Positions 19,952-30,159 of a stretch of 64,000 nucleotides of DNA are shown piece by piece. Source of the DNA: a bacterium. GTDB taxonomy: Bacteria; UBA8248. The stretch is taken from positions 128,001 to 192,000 of the forward strand of contig OZ242260.1 in assembly GCA_965207065.1 (NCBI GenBank). Direction: 5' to 3'. The notes beneath the pieces were generated by a model that was not told the origin of the DNA, searched no databases, and saw only the letters and a program-made list of their open reading frames with translations. Every line of letters starts with the position of its first letter. The first letter of the stretch is position 1. The translations under genes were made by a program, and so were the position numbers.

Positions 19952-21280
19952 ATGAACGCTCACGATCTGAAAAGCTGGCTCGCTCGCCTCGATGAACGAG
20001 GATCGCTCAAGCGCGTATCCCGCAGCGTTTCCCTTCGTCATGAACTCGCCGCCTTGTCGCAAAAAGCAGATGGCCATACCGCACTCTTATTCGAGCGAAC
20101 CGACGGCGCGCCGATGCCCGTCGTCGCCAACATCGCCTGCAAAAGAGAATGGTACGCCGACGCCATGGGGGTGGCGCCCGGAGAATTGCTCACCGAGGTT
20201 CAGCGTAGACAGGAAATCAAGATAAAACCGAACGTAGTCGCCGATGCGCCGTTTCTCCACACAGTCATCACCAAAGATATCGACGTTCAGAAAATTCTCC
20301 CCCTCCCCACCTACCATGAGCTGGACGGCGGCCCCTACATTTCCGCCGGCGTCTTCATCGCCCAGGACCTCGATTCCGGCGCGGGCAACGTATCGATTCA
20401 CAGGATGCACGCCTTAGAATCCGACCTGTTCGGCCTGCTCGTCCTGCCGCGCCATCTGAAGGGGATGATCAGACGCGCCGGGGAGCGCGGAGAAGCTCTA
20501 AAGGCGGCCGTCTGCGTCGGTCTCGACCCCTTGCTCCTGATGGCGAGCCAGCTCGTGCTCGCGCCCGGGGAGGACGAACTGGAAGCGGCAGGCGGTCTCA
20601 AGGGCCGCGCCGTGGACGTAGCCCCCGCCCCCTGGTCGGGCATTCCCGCGCCCGCAGGCGCTGAAATCGTGATCGAGGGGGAAATTCCGCCGGACGAGCG
20701 CAGGCGCGAGGGTCCTTTCGGGGAGTTTCCACGCTACTACAGCCCGGCGGGAGAGCGCGAGGTGTTCCGGGTAAAATCCATCGCCATGCGCGAGGAGCCC
20801 GTTTTCTATTCCATCGTGGCGGCGGGCTACGATCATTTACTGATGGGCGCCGTGCCGAGAGAGGCTGGACTCCTGCGAGACCTCCAGAAAGCCGTACCGG
20901 CCGTTACGGACGTCGTGCTCCCTCTCTCCGGCGCAGGCCGGTTTCACTGCGTCGTCCAGATACGGAAAACCAACGAGGGGGAAGCGAAAAGCGCGCTCAT
21001 GGCGGCGCTCGCCGCGCACTACGACGTCAAGCACGCCATATGCGTGGATCACGACATCGACATCCACAACCCGGCGCAGGTCGACTGGGCGCTGGCCACG
21101 CGTTTTCAGGCGGATAAGGATTTGTTCGTCGTTCCCGGCGCGTGGGGCAGCCGTCTCGACCCATCGGCGCAGGACGGCGTGACGACGAAGATGGGCCTGG
21201 ACGCCACGGCTCCGCTGGGCGGGTTGGACGGCCACTTCCGTTCTCTAAAGATTCCGGGAGCCGAAGACGCGGGATTCTAG
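19952..21280 (+). CDS. UbiD family (prFMN-dependent) decarboxylase
   Basis: DGGPYI, NVSIHR, EIVIEG, EGPFGEFPRYY, VDHDIDI, WALATR. Confidence 0.9.
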   Translation: MNAHDLKSWLARLDERGSLKRVSRSVSLRHELAALSQKADGHTALLFERTDGAPMPVVANIACKREWYADAMGVAPGELLTEVQRRQEIKIKPNVVADAPFLHTVITKDIDVQKILPLPTYHELDGGPYISAGVFIAQDLDSGAGNVSIHRMHALESDLFGLLVLPRHLKGMIRRAGERGEALKAAVCVGLDPLLLMASQLVLAPGEDELEAAGGLKGRAVDVAPAPWSGIPAPAGAEIVIEGEIPPDERRREGPFGEFPRYYSPAGEREVFRVKSIAMREEPVFYSIVAAGYDHLLMGAVPREAGLLRDLQKAVPAVTDVVLPLSGAGRFHCVVQIRKTNEGEAKSALMAALAAHYDVKHAICVDHDIDIHNPAQVDWALATRFQADKDLFVVPGAWGSRLDPSAQDGVTTKMGLDATAPLGGLDGHFRSLKIPGAEDAGF

Positions 21281-21396
21281 GCGGTCACATTAACTCCTGC
21301 CTATACACACCTACTTATTTTCCAAGAAATGAACCTTCCGTGAGTTGCGCACAAAATACGGCGCGAATTCAGGAATGAACGAGAGAGATTTTTACC

Positions 21397-22359
21397 CTAA
21401 TCCAGATTCAGGTGCGGCAGCACTTCACGGGTGAAGCGATCGAGCTGGCTCATCTGATCCCGGTGGGTGAAGCGCAGGGAAATGTGTTCCGCCCCCGCAT
21501 CGATGAAGGCGTTGATGCGCTCAATCAAGTCTTTGGCGGGGCCGTATGTGCCCCATTTCTCGATGGAATCGCCCCAGAACGGGGTGTAGTAGTAATCGAG
21601 CAGGAACGCCTCGCCATTTTTCATGGCCGATTCTTTGTCGTCGTCGATACAGGTGGTCATGTACCACGCGGGTGTGCCCGGGTCGCGTCCGCTCTCCTCC
21701 GCGAGACCGACGATCTTCCCCCAGGTATCGCCAAACTCCTCGGGCGTCACGCGGTTCGGGAACCATCCATCCCCATACTTCGCCACCCGCTGCCATGCGG
21801 TGTCCACTGTGGCTGAGGCGATCCACATGGGCACGGTTTTCTGGATGGGCCTGTGCGCCAGCGTCACGTTTTCCACCTGGTAATACCTGCCCTCGAAGGT
21901 TACGTTCTCCTCCGTCCAGAGCCTCCGCATGAGCGTCATGTGCTCCTGCATGTAGAACATGCGCTTTCGGAACGGAACGCCCAGGGTCTCGAACTCATGG
22001 ACGCATTCCTGGGGCTTCGGCGGGCCGATGCCGACGCCCAAAATGACGCGGCCGCCTGATATGACGTCGAGCGTCGCAACCTGGTAGGCGAGGAATACGG
22101 GGTCCCTGAGACAGGGCAGAAAGACGGCGGTGCCGAGTTTTACGCGCTCGGTTCTCACCGCCACGGCGGAAAGCACGCTGAGCGCCTCGAGCCTTGGCTT
22201 GGCGAGCACCGAATCGCCCACGAACACCGAATCATAGCCGAGTTCTTCCGCGCGCACCGCCAGGTCGATGATGGGGCCGACCTCCGGGGCGCCGTCGTTC
22301 CAGAGCAGCACGCCGCGCGTGGGAAGCAACACGCCGAGTTTTACTTTTCTATCCGCCAT
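21397..22359 (-). CDS. LLM-class flavin-dependent oxidoreductase
   Basis: GYDSVFVGDS, VKLGTAV, SGGRVILGVG; start taken at MADRK. Confidence 0.88.
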   Translation of the reverse strand: MADRKVKLGVLLPTRGVLLWNDGAPEVGPIIDLAVRAEELGYDSVFVGDSVLAKPRLEALSVLSAVAVRTERVKLGTAVFLPCLRDPVFLAYQVATLDVISGGRVILGVGIGPPKPQECVHEFETLGVPFRKRMFYMQEHMTLMRRLWTEENVTFEGRYYQVENVTLAHRPIQKTVPMWIASATVDTAWQRVAKYGDGWFPNRVTPEEFGDTWGKIVGLAEESGRDPGTPAWYMTTCIDDDKESAMKNGEAFLLDYYYTPFWGDSIEKWGTYGPAKDLIERINAFIDAGAEHISLRFTHRDQMSQLDRFTREVLPHLNLD

Positions 22360-22366
22360 TTTTTGC

Positions 22367-23749
22367 CTAAAGGTGAATGCCCGCGCTCGCGAGGATTCCG
22401 CGCACGCGCTCTCGCTGCGCGTCGGGAATATGGAGCCGTTCCGCGAAGTCGCGGCCAGCGGGCTTGGTGGCGTCGATGCCCACCTTCGTGAGGGTATGAG
22501 TCTCGGGGTCCGAAGTCGGGTCCAGAATGGCGCCCATCGCACCGTGGATGAAGTTGATGTCCTTATCCGCGCGCGTCCTCGTGATGACCGCCCAGGCGAC
22601 GTCCGAGAGATTGAAGATGTCTACGTCCTCATCGACCACGACTACGCACTTGCAATAGAACTCGGTTCCCAGCGCCGCCATGATGGCCTGCTGGGGCTGG
22701 CCCTCGGCCGTCTTGTTCATCTGCACGATGGCGAGCAATGCGCCCGCCGTGTTCGAGGGAACATGCACGGCGGAGACGCCGGGCAGGTTGCGCCTGAGCG
22801 TGTTCAGGATTTCCGCTTCGCGGCTCACACAGGAGATGAGGATATGATCCGCCGACATGCCAGAGGCCACGCTGTGGAGCATGGCGTCGCCCCGCATCTG
22901 CACGCGCTTGACGACGAATACGTTCTGCGTGCTGCGGTAGGACGCATAGCCGGTGAACTCGCCGAAGGGGCCTTCCGGTTCACGCACCTCGGCCAGAATC
23001 TCACCTTCGAGTACTATTTCCGCGCCCTCGGGGGCTTCGAGGTCCGCCGTGCCGCATCTGGCGACGCGATAAGGTTCGCCGAACAATGCGCCGATGATCT
23101 CGTACTTCCGCACCCCCGGAGGGTAGTGATAGGCCATCGAACCCATGTAGTGCACCGGGTGGATGCCGATGACGACCGCCGCCGGCAAGGCCTCGCCTGC
23201 GTCTTCGGCTTTTTTATGGAAATGGTACATCCGCCGCCTAGAGTGCAGGGAGACGCCCAGCCTGTTTTTCCCCTTGAGCTGCAAACGGTGAAAGCCGGTG
23301 GTGTCCACGCCAGTCTCGGGATCTCGCGCCACGATCTGGCCCGCCGTGATGTAGGGAGCCGCATCCACGGGAAAATGAAATGGGATAGGCAGTTCGTTCA
23401 GGTCTACGTCGTCTTCTTCGATTACGACTTCACGCCAAGGGGCGTCCTCCACCACCTCCACGGGGAGGTAATTCTGGCAGCGATCCTTATACGCCGTCGG
23501 CAAGTCGCCCGGCTCCACGTCGAGACACGCCGCGAGCAGATTCCGGTTGCCCGCGATGTTGGTCACGACCGAACCCTCAAAACCCTCCACGCGCTCGAAG
23601 ATGATGACGGGGTATCTACCCGCGCGCTCGAACTCGAACACCGTGGGCGTGATGTCCTCCCTGCCGACGGGCTCCTTGATGCGCACGAGTTCTTCGGGGT
23701 GGTCTTTCTCCACCATCTCCAGGAAACCGCGCAGGCTTTGATCGACCAT
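22367..23749 (-). CDS. UbiD family decarboxylase
   Basis: DAAPYIT, GFHRL, EIVLEG, EPEGPFGEFTGY, VVVDEDVDI, KVGIDAT. Confidence 0.9.
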   Translation of the reverse strand: MVDQSLRGFLEMVEKDHPEELVRIKEPVGREDITPTVFEFERAGRYPVIIFERVEGFEGSVVTNIAGNRNLLAACLDVEPGDLPTAYKDRCQNYLPVEVVEDAPWREVVIEEDDVDLNELPIPFHFPVDAAPYITAGQIVARDPETGVDTTGFHRLQLKGKNRLGVSLHSRRRMYHFHKKAEDAGEALPAAVVIGIHPVHYMGSMAYHYPPGVRKYEIIGALFGEPYRVARCGTADLEAPEGAEIVLEGEILAEVREPEGPFGEFTGYASYRSTQNVFVVKRVQMRGDAMLHSVASGMSADHILISCVSREAEILNTLRRNLPGVSAVHVPSNTAGALLAIVQMNKTAEGQPQQAIMAALGTEFYCKCVVVVDEDVDIFNLSDVAWAVITRTRADKDINFIHGAMGAILDPTSDPETHTLTKVGIDATKPAGRDFAERLHIPDAQRERVRGILASAGIHL

Positions 23750-23759
23750 ATCGCGCGCC

Positions 23760-24551
23760 TTATTTGGCCCAGGAGCCGCGATCCGTATAGGGATTCTCAA
23801 TCGGCGGCAGGGGAGGAGCGCCGTCGCGTGGCGGCTCCTCGTCCCAGAACTCGACCGCGATGACGCGCGCGGGGGCGCCCTCGGTGTCCTTGAGTTTCAC
23901 CGCGCCAGTCACGAGCAGGACGCGCTCTTTCTGGATGGCGCCCATGTTCGTGCACCACTCGATGAGGCATATCCCGCGCTCCAGGAACTTGATGTGGTTG
24001 GGGCTCCAGTTCGGTGCGGGCCACTTGCGCTCCTCGGGGGGATAAAGCGGCGAGTCGCACGTCATGAAATCCTGGACGAGCGCCTTAATTCCCTTGTCGA
24101 TGAGCCAATCGGCCGCGTCGGTCGAGAGATAGACCATGTTCTCCCAGAAATCGCGCGAGCCCCACATGCGGTCGGTCCATTCGGTGCTGACGATGGCGAT
24201 ATCGCCGGGGCGCACCTCGACGCCAGTGGCTTCGAGGTCTTCCGCCGTCACGGACTCGGAGTTGCCCTTCCCCGGCACCTTGAGCACGCAGGCGTCGCCG
24301 CATACGTGATCGAGCGGCAACTCGTCGTTCTTCAGACCGTCGTGAAAGAAGTGATAGGGCGCGTCGTAGTGCGTGTAGCTCTGCGTGGTGGTGGTGAAAC
24401 CGAAGTTGCAGATGTGGTCCACGTCCAGCGTTGCGATGGGGGTGATGGTCGTGCCCGGAGCCGGCTTGTCGTAAATCTCATCGCGCGGAAACTGAACGTA
24501 GGTGTCCTCCGGGTCAACGGTGAGCGAGAGATCGACGAAGCGGTACGGCAT
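23760..24551 (-). CDS. cyclase family (kynurenine formamidase-like) metal-dependent hydrolase
   Basis: FVDLS, THYDAPYHF, GAPARVIA. Confidence 0.85.
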   Translation of the reverse strand: MPYRFVDLSLTVDPEDTYVQFPRDEIYDKPAPGTTITPIATLDVDHICNFGFTTTTQSYTHYDAPYHFFHDGLKNDELPLDHVCGDACVLKVPGKGNSESVTAEDLEATGVEVRPGDIAIVSTEWTDRMWGSRDFWENMVYLSTDAADWLIDKGIKALVQDFMTCDSPLYPPEERKWPAPNWSPNHIKFLERGICLIEWCTNMGAIQKERVLLVTGAVKLKDTEGAPARVIAVEFWDEEPPRDGAPPLPPIENPYTDRGSWAK

Positions 24552-24709
24552 GGCTTTCCCCCTGTAGGAGCAAACAAATTCTGAAATGGAAGGCTCCCGC
24601 CGCCCATCATAGACGGACGGCGGGAGTAAATCCTTCATCAACCAGTTTCGGTTCTATTTCTTGCTTGTTACTTCAGGCGGCGGAACTCTCCCCGCCCCTG
24701 GATGCTTAA

Positions 24710-25684
24710 CTAATTCCAGCCCTTCTCCTTGCAGTAGCGGGCCGCGCCATCGTGGAACGGTATGCCCATCTGCGCTTCCTTGCAGCCCGTCTTGGCCGGG
24801 TCGAAGCCCCTGAGTCCCTTATGCCCCGCCCGCAGATCCTTCACGTTGTCGAGCAGCGCCTTCACGATATTGTACGCATCTTTGTTGCTAAGCGCCGTGG
24901 AGGCGAGGACCGCCGTGGTGAAGCCGAACGTGTTCTTGGGCTTCTTCTGCCCCGGGAAGGTGTTGGCCGGCATGGTGGCTTTCAGGAAGCCAATCCCCAA
25001 GAGCTTGTTGCGGTACTCATCGGCTATTCCTAAGAATTTCAGCTTTTTCTGAACAGCGATTGATGTGAGCGCAGGGTGGCCCGCGTTCACGGTGTGGCTC
25101 AGCATGTCGGCCTGACCGTCCTTCATCCGGCTCTTAATGGCGCCGAAGCCGGTGTGCGTGGCCGAACCGCCCATTTTCTTGATGCCCTCATAGGTGATGC
25201 CGTGCGCACCGAGCATGGCACGCGTAGCCCACTGGCCCAGCCCTCCGCGCGGAACCGTCACGTAGTTCACGGGCACTTTCTTCAAGTCCAGGATGCCGTT
25301 CACCTTGGGGTTCGTGGTGACGATACCCAGGTAGTACTGGTCCAGGCCGCCAACAAGCCCGCGCAGGTTCTTGTAGGGCTTCTTGTAGGCCACCTTGCCC
25401 TGATACGCCCAGGCCGCCGCCACGCTGAAGGTGAGCCCCATGTTGAACTTGCCGGTGCCGACGAGCTTGGGGTTGCCCACGCCGCCGCCTTTGGAGAGGG
25501 CGTCGATCTGAACGCCCACTTTCGCGTTGTTCACGATGTTCGCCATGGTGGCCGAGTACACGTGCCAGCCGCTGCCTTTTTTCCAGCTGCCCATCGTGAG
25601 GCGGGCCGCCTCGGCCTGAACAGCCACGAATGCGCCGATGGCTACCGCAAGAACGAAAACCATTTTCCAGGATGTGCGCTTCAT
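24710..25684 (-). CDS. TAXI-family TRAP transporter solute receptor
   Basis: Signal peptide, GGGVGN, PANTFPGQ, IPFHDGAARY. Confidence 0.88.
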   Translation of the reverse strand: MKRTSWKMVFVLAVAIGAFVAVQAEAARLTMGSWKKGSGWHVYSATMANIVNNAKVGVQIDALSKGGGVGNPKLVGTGKFNMGLTFSVAAAWAYQGKVAYKKPYKNLRGLVGGLDQYYLGIVTTNPKVNGILDLKKVPVNYVTVPRGGLGQWATRAMLGAHGITYEGIKKMGGSATHTGFGAIKSRMKDGQADMLSHTVNAGHPALTSIAVQKKLKFLGIADEYRNKLLGIGFLKATMPANTFPGQKKPKNTFGFTTAVLASTALSNKDAYNIVKALLDNVKDLRAGHKGLRGFDPAKTGCKEAQMGIPFHDGAARYCKEKGWN

Positions 25685-25739
25685 TTTGAAAACTCCTCTG
25701 TTGGAAATGCCACGAATAGTTCCATCTGTATTGCGTTGT

Positions 25740-27614
25740 TCACGATGAAGCCGGATCCGCCGAAGTCATGTCGAGTGCGTTTTTCTTCGCGCGCGCCAGA
25801 TGGCGCCAGAAAACAATGACCAGCAAAACGGAGCCGATGACGTCCGTCAACTTCTCGGGAACGATCAGACCCAAGCAACAGATAAAGAAAACCGCCCTCT
25901 CCCAAGCCGCCAGGGGGATCGATATGTGCCCGGTGATCGCCGCCGCCAGGGCCGCCACACCGATAATGCAGGTGAGCGACACCCAGAGCGTCTCGCCGAG
26001 CGGGCCGATGAAAAGCATGGATGGATTATATACGAACACAAAGGGAATGAGAAATCCCGCCAAAGAGAGCTGAAACGCCTTCCAGCCCGTGGCGGTCAAG
26101 TCCGAGTCGGCCACGCCCGATGCGACATAGGCCGACAGCGCCACAGGCGGCGTGAGCATCGAGAGGATGGCGAAATAGTAGATGAACATGTGCGCCGCCA
26201 GAACGGGGAGGCCGAGCTTGAAGAGCGCAGGCCCCAGAAGCGTGCCCGCCATGATGTAGGCGGCGGCCGTCGGCATTCCCATGCCCATGATGACGCAGCC
26301 GATGAGCGTCAGTCCCAGCGCGGGCAGGATCATTCCGCTCGAAATGTTGACGATGAGGCCCGAGAACTTGAGACCGATGCCCGTATCGTCCACCACTCCG
26401 ACCACAACGCCGGCGATGGCGCAGGGAACCGCGACGGGGACCGTCATGCGACCGGCCTTCTCGAGCGCCTCGATTATTTTCTCAGGTCCCATGCGGGTCG
26501 ACTTGCGCACCCAACTGAGCACCACCACGCCGATGGCCGCCGAAGTGGCCGACCACATCAAAGTGAAACCGGCGATCATGTAGCCCAGGAGCAGGATGAT
26601 CGGGAATAGCAGAAGACCGCGCTCCAAGAGGATGCTCTTGAGCTCCGGCATCTCGTCTTTGCTCAGACCCTTCAAGTTCAGCTTCTTCGCCTCCAGATCC
26701 ACCATGAAGAAGAGCGACACGTAATAAATGATGGCCGGAATGGCCGCCGCGCCCGCCACCCTTAAGTAAGGGGTGCCCGTCATGTCCGCCAGGATGAAGG
26801 CACCCGCGCCCATAATCGGCGGCATGAGCTGCCCGCCCGTTGAGGCCACCGCTTCCACCGCGCCCGCGTAATGGGGGGCGAAGCCCAGGCGCTTCATAAG
26901 CGGGATGGTGAAGATACCGGTTCCAACGACGTTCGCCGTCGCGCTCCCGCTGATGGTTCCCATGAGGCTGCTGCTCACTATCGCCGCCTTGGCCGGACCG
27001 CCTCGGAATGCACCGGTGAGCCGGATGGCCAGATCGATGAACATGCGCCCACCGCCCGAGACCTCGAGCGCCGCCGAGAAGAGCACGAAATAGAACACGA
27101 CCTCCACGCTCACGCCCAGCGGAACACCCAGCAGGCCCTCGACACCCAGGATCTGGAACTCGATGAACTCGGTCAACAGGATGAAGCGGTGCCCCAGGGC
27201 GCCCGGAATCAGGTGGCCCAGGAAATTATAGACCAGCGCCACGACTGCCACCGAGGTGACGCCCCAGCCGAGATAGCGACGCGAAGCCTCGACGGTCAAG
27301 AGAATGTAGGCCAACCCCAAGTAGACATAGCGCGTGGGCACCTCATCCACGTCGCGGATGCGCTCGTTCAGGAAGTTCCACTCATACAAATACAGCAGCG
27401 CGATGACCATGGCGATAATAGTAAGAACATAATCGACGGGGCCGACGCGGCCTTCCTTGCGGAACGGTTTTGTGAGAAAGACGATGCCCAGCGCGAAGCT
27501 CAGATGGAGCGGCCTGGAGGTGAAGACGTGAAGCATCCCGAAAAAGGCCCAGTATAGCTGGATGACGGACCAGACGATGGCCAGCAGCGCAACCGGGTTC
27601 AAGAATCGCTTCAT
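25740..27614 (-). CDS. TRAP transporter fused permease (4TM/12TM)
   Basis: GGPAKAA, GTISGSATANV, EAVASTGGQLMPPIMG, GMGMPT, TPPVAL. Confidence 0.92.
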   Translation of the reverse strand: MKRFLNPVALLAIVWSVIQLYWAFFGMLHVFTSRPLHLSFALGIVFLTKPFRKEGRVGPVDYVLTIIAMVIALLYLYEWNFLNERIRDVDEVPTRYVYLGLAYILLTVEASRRYLGWGVTSVAVVALVYNFLGHLIPGALGHRFILLTEFIEFQILGVEGLLGVPLGVSVEVVFYFVLFSAALEVSGGGRMFIDLAIRLTGAFRGGPAKAAIVSSSLMGTISGSATANVVGTGIFTIPLMKRLGFAPHYAGAVEAVASTGGQLMPPIMGAGAFILADMTGTPYLRVAGAAAIPAIIYYVSLFFMVDLEAKKLNLKGLSKDEMPELKSILLERGLLLFPIILLLGYMIAGFTLMWSATSAAIGVVVLSWVRKSTRMGPEKIIEALEKAGRMTVPVAVPCAIAGVVVGVVDDTGIGLKFSGLIVNISSGMILPALGLTLIGCVIMGMGMPTAAAYIMAGTLLGPALFKLGLPVLAAHMFIYYFAILSMLTPPVALSAYVASGVADSDLTATGWKAFQLSLAGFLIPFVFVYNPSMLFIGPLGETLWVSLTCIIGVAALAAAITGHISIPLAAWERAVFFICCLGLIVPEKLTDVIGSVLLVIVFWRHLARAKKNALDMTSADPASS

Positions 27615-27767
27615 GAAAAATCCATCCCCTTGGTGATGCGATTATTGCGGACAACCGCCAAACGCATCAAAAAGCGTCTCACATGAAAATTACAAGCGCA
27701 TTACGAGGGCATGGAAACCGATTCCCGCTTATCCGGCGATTTCATCCCCCGTCATGCGGTGCCTGAC

Positions 27768-28952
27768 TCACTCCGCCCAGGGGCGCGTGGTGGTCGTCGT
27801 GAGGAGTTCGCATCCATCATCCTCAACAAGCACCATCTGCTCGATGTTCGTGCCCCCCACCTCGGGTAGCACGAACTGCGGCTCCACGCAGAGCACCATG
27901 TTGCGCTCGAGAATCATCGCGTTATCGGGCCGGATGATGGGCGCCTCCACGGTTTCCAGGCCGATGCCGTGCCCCGCCATGGGAAAGAGATACTGCCCCG
28001 CCCCGTTCGCGTTGTCGTCCAGGAACCGGCTCGCCGCCTCATGAACGTCCGAGGCCTTTGCGCCCGCGCGAACCGCGCCCATCGACACCTCCGAGGTCGC
28101 GACCGTCAGCTCCAGCATCTCCTCCACGCTCTTATCGAGTTTCTTTCCCGGAACCACGGCGGTGCGGTTGACGTCGAACCCGTAGCCTTCCACCGCGCCC
28201 ACGTAGTCGAAGCGAATCAGGTCGCCCGCCTCGAGCTTCCTCTGCGTCGCCTGCGGCCAGCGCGAACCCCAACTCGCCCACGGGCCGCTGTGAACGCGGA
28301 CGTAGCGCACGAAATCGGCCCCCGCGCGCATACCCGCCGCGTGGCCCTCGGCGCAAAGATCGCTCTCGCTCACGCCGGGGCGAACCGCATCGAAAATGGC
28401 GGCGTAGCCCGCCTCGACGATTTCCGCCGCGCGCTTCAAGTAGGCGACCTCGGTTTCACTCTTCCTCGCGCGAAGCTGCTCCACCAGGGCGTTCGCGTTC
28501 GAGAATTGCGCATCGGGCAGCGCGGAGGTGAGGTCGATGTACATCGTCGCCGGCATGATGTCCTCTCCGGCGATCCCCACCCGAGCGCCCTCGGCTCCCA
28601 GGCGCCCCAGTTGATTCACCAGGCCCGCGGAGATGTTCGCCTCCACCTGGACGTTTTCGACGTGCACCATCTCTGCGCGATAGTTTCTGTGATCCACGAA
28701 GAGCAGCGGCTCATCCTCAATAGGCAGGACGAGCACGCCGTGGCCCATGCCGCGAACCGTATCGCTGAACGCTCCCGGCGGAAACGGCGGAAAATGGTTG
28801 GTGAGGTAGGTCAGGCTCCCCATTCGGTCGTAAAAAGAGCGTCCGATGACGAGGAGAACGTCGAGTCCCGCCTCGCGCATAAGGCCACGCGCATCCGCTA
28901 TCCTCCCCTTAATCTCTTCTTTGGAGGCTCCCGTTCCGTTCTCCAGGACCAT
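27768..28952 (-). CDS. M24 family (Xaa-Pro / creatinase-like) peptidase
   Basis: RARKSETE, DVNRT, GHGIGL, VLCVEP, IEQMVLV. Confidence 0.88.
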   Translation of the reverse strand: MVLENGTGASKEEIKGRIADARGLMREAGLDVLLVIGRSFYDRMGSLTYLTNHFPPFPPGAFSDTVRGMGHGVLVLPIEDEPLLFVDHRNYRAEMVHVENVQVEANISAGLVNQLGRLGAEGARVGIAGEDIMPATMYIDLTSALPDAQFSNANALVEQLRARKSETEVAYLKRAAEIVEAGYAAIFDAVRPGVSESDLCAEGHAAGMRAGADFVRYVRVHSGPWASWGSRWPQATQRKLEAGDLIRFDYVGAVEGYGFDVNRTAVVPGKKLDKSVEEMLELTVATSEVSMGAVRAGAKASDVHEAASRFLDDNANGAGQYLFPMAGHGIGLETVEAPIIRPDNAMILERNMVLCVEPQFVLPEVGGTNIEQMVLVEDDGCELLTTTTTRPWAE

Positions 28953-29921
28953 CTACTTGAACCTCGGCAAGAGTTCGGAGACGAAATTCTCCAGTTGCTC
29001 TTCCTGGACGCCGCCCGCGAAGCGAACGACGAAGACGCGCGCTCCCTCCGCGGCATACGATCTGAGATCTTCCTCCACGCGGTCCCCATCTCCGGCAAGA
29101 ACGAGGAGCTGCTTGCGCACTTCATCGAAGCTCTTGTGGTAGTACTTGGAGAGAAATTCACCGCATTGGGCTTCCGCCTTCGCTCCGTCGGGATTGATGT
29201 TCATCGTCACGTAGAGGCACTGGGGAATCTTCTCGACTTCTTCGGTTCTGCCGAACTCATCGGAATACGAGAGTATCTTCTCCCAGCACTGGCGGTAGAG
29301 GTCCGCCGTGATGGAGTTCGTGATCCAGCCGTCGGCAAAGCGCGCCACACGCTTCAGGCCCGAATCCACCAGATTGCTCGAAAGCCAGACAGGGGGGCCG
29401 CCGGGGGTTTTGGGCCTCGGCTCGAGCGCCACGCCCTCGAAGGAGAAATGCTTGCCCGCATAGTTCGCCTGTGATTCGCGCATGAGGAGCTTGAGTATCT
29501 CCACGGTCTCGGAAAACCGGCGCGCGCGCTCGTTGATCGGCACACCGATGGTCTCGAACTCGAACTTCAAGTCCGTTCGCCCCACGCCCAGACCGGGAAG
29601 GACGCGACCGGGGAACATGCAGTCGAGCGTGCTCATCGACTGGGCGAGCATGACCGGATGCCTGAGCGCCGCGAGCATCACCGCCGTGCCCACCTGAACG
29701 CGCTCGGTCGAGGCGAGAACCGCCGCCCAGGTGGTGAAACTCTCCATGCGCGGTTTGGCCAGTACGCTGTCGCCGAGCCAGACGGAATCGAGGCCGAGGT
29801 TCTCGGCCCTTTTTGCCAGTGAAAAAATGGGGTCAGTGTCCGGCGCCTCGCCCGCCGCCGCCACGACGACTCCGCGCGTGGGCAGCAGATAACCGAAATG
29901 AAAGTTTTCAGTGTCATCCAT
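28953..29921 (-). CDS. LLM-class flavin-dependent oxidoreductase
   Basis: Paralog of 21397..22359 (LLPTRGV, DSV.LGDSVLAKPR, GTAV). Confidence 0.88.
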   Translation of the reverse strand: MDDTENFHFGYLLPTRGVVVAAAGEAPDTDPIFSLAKRAENLGLDSVWLGDSVLAKPRMESFTTWAAVLASTERVQVGTAVMLAALRHPVMLAQSMSTLDCMFPGRVLPGLGVGRTDLKFEFETIGVPINERARRFSETVEILKLLMRESQANYAGKHFSFEGVALEPRPKTPGGPPVWLSSNLVDSGLKRVARFADGWITNSITADLYRQCWEKILSYSDEFGRTEEVEKIPQCLYVTMNINPDGAKAEAQCGEFLSKYYHKSFDEVRKQLLVLAGDGDRVEEDLRSYAAEGARVFVVRFAGGVQEEQLENFVSELLPRFK

Positions 29922-30159
29922 GGAATGGAATCCTTACCTCGTCATCAAAAGAAAAGATGCCCTTATCAATGGGCAAACAAGTATGTCAGGTTTGATACAT
30001 TAGTAACACTTTTGGCGCGCGCCCGCAAAAACTCGGGCCTACGGGAGTCAATCGTCGGGATTTGGCCTCACCTGGCGAGGAGCGCGCGGCGTGAGGGCAT
30101 GCAATCTCCCTGCACATTTTTTCTTGACATCTCCCGGCGCATATTTTACTTAGTTCTGC

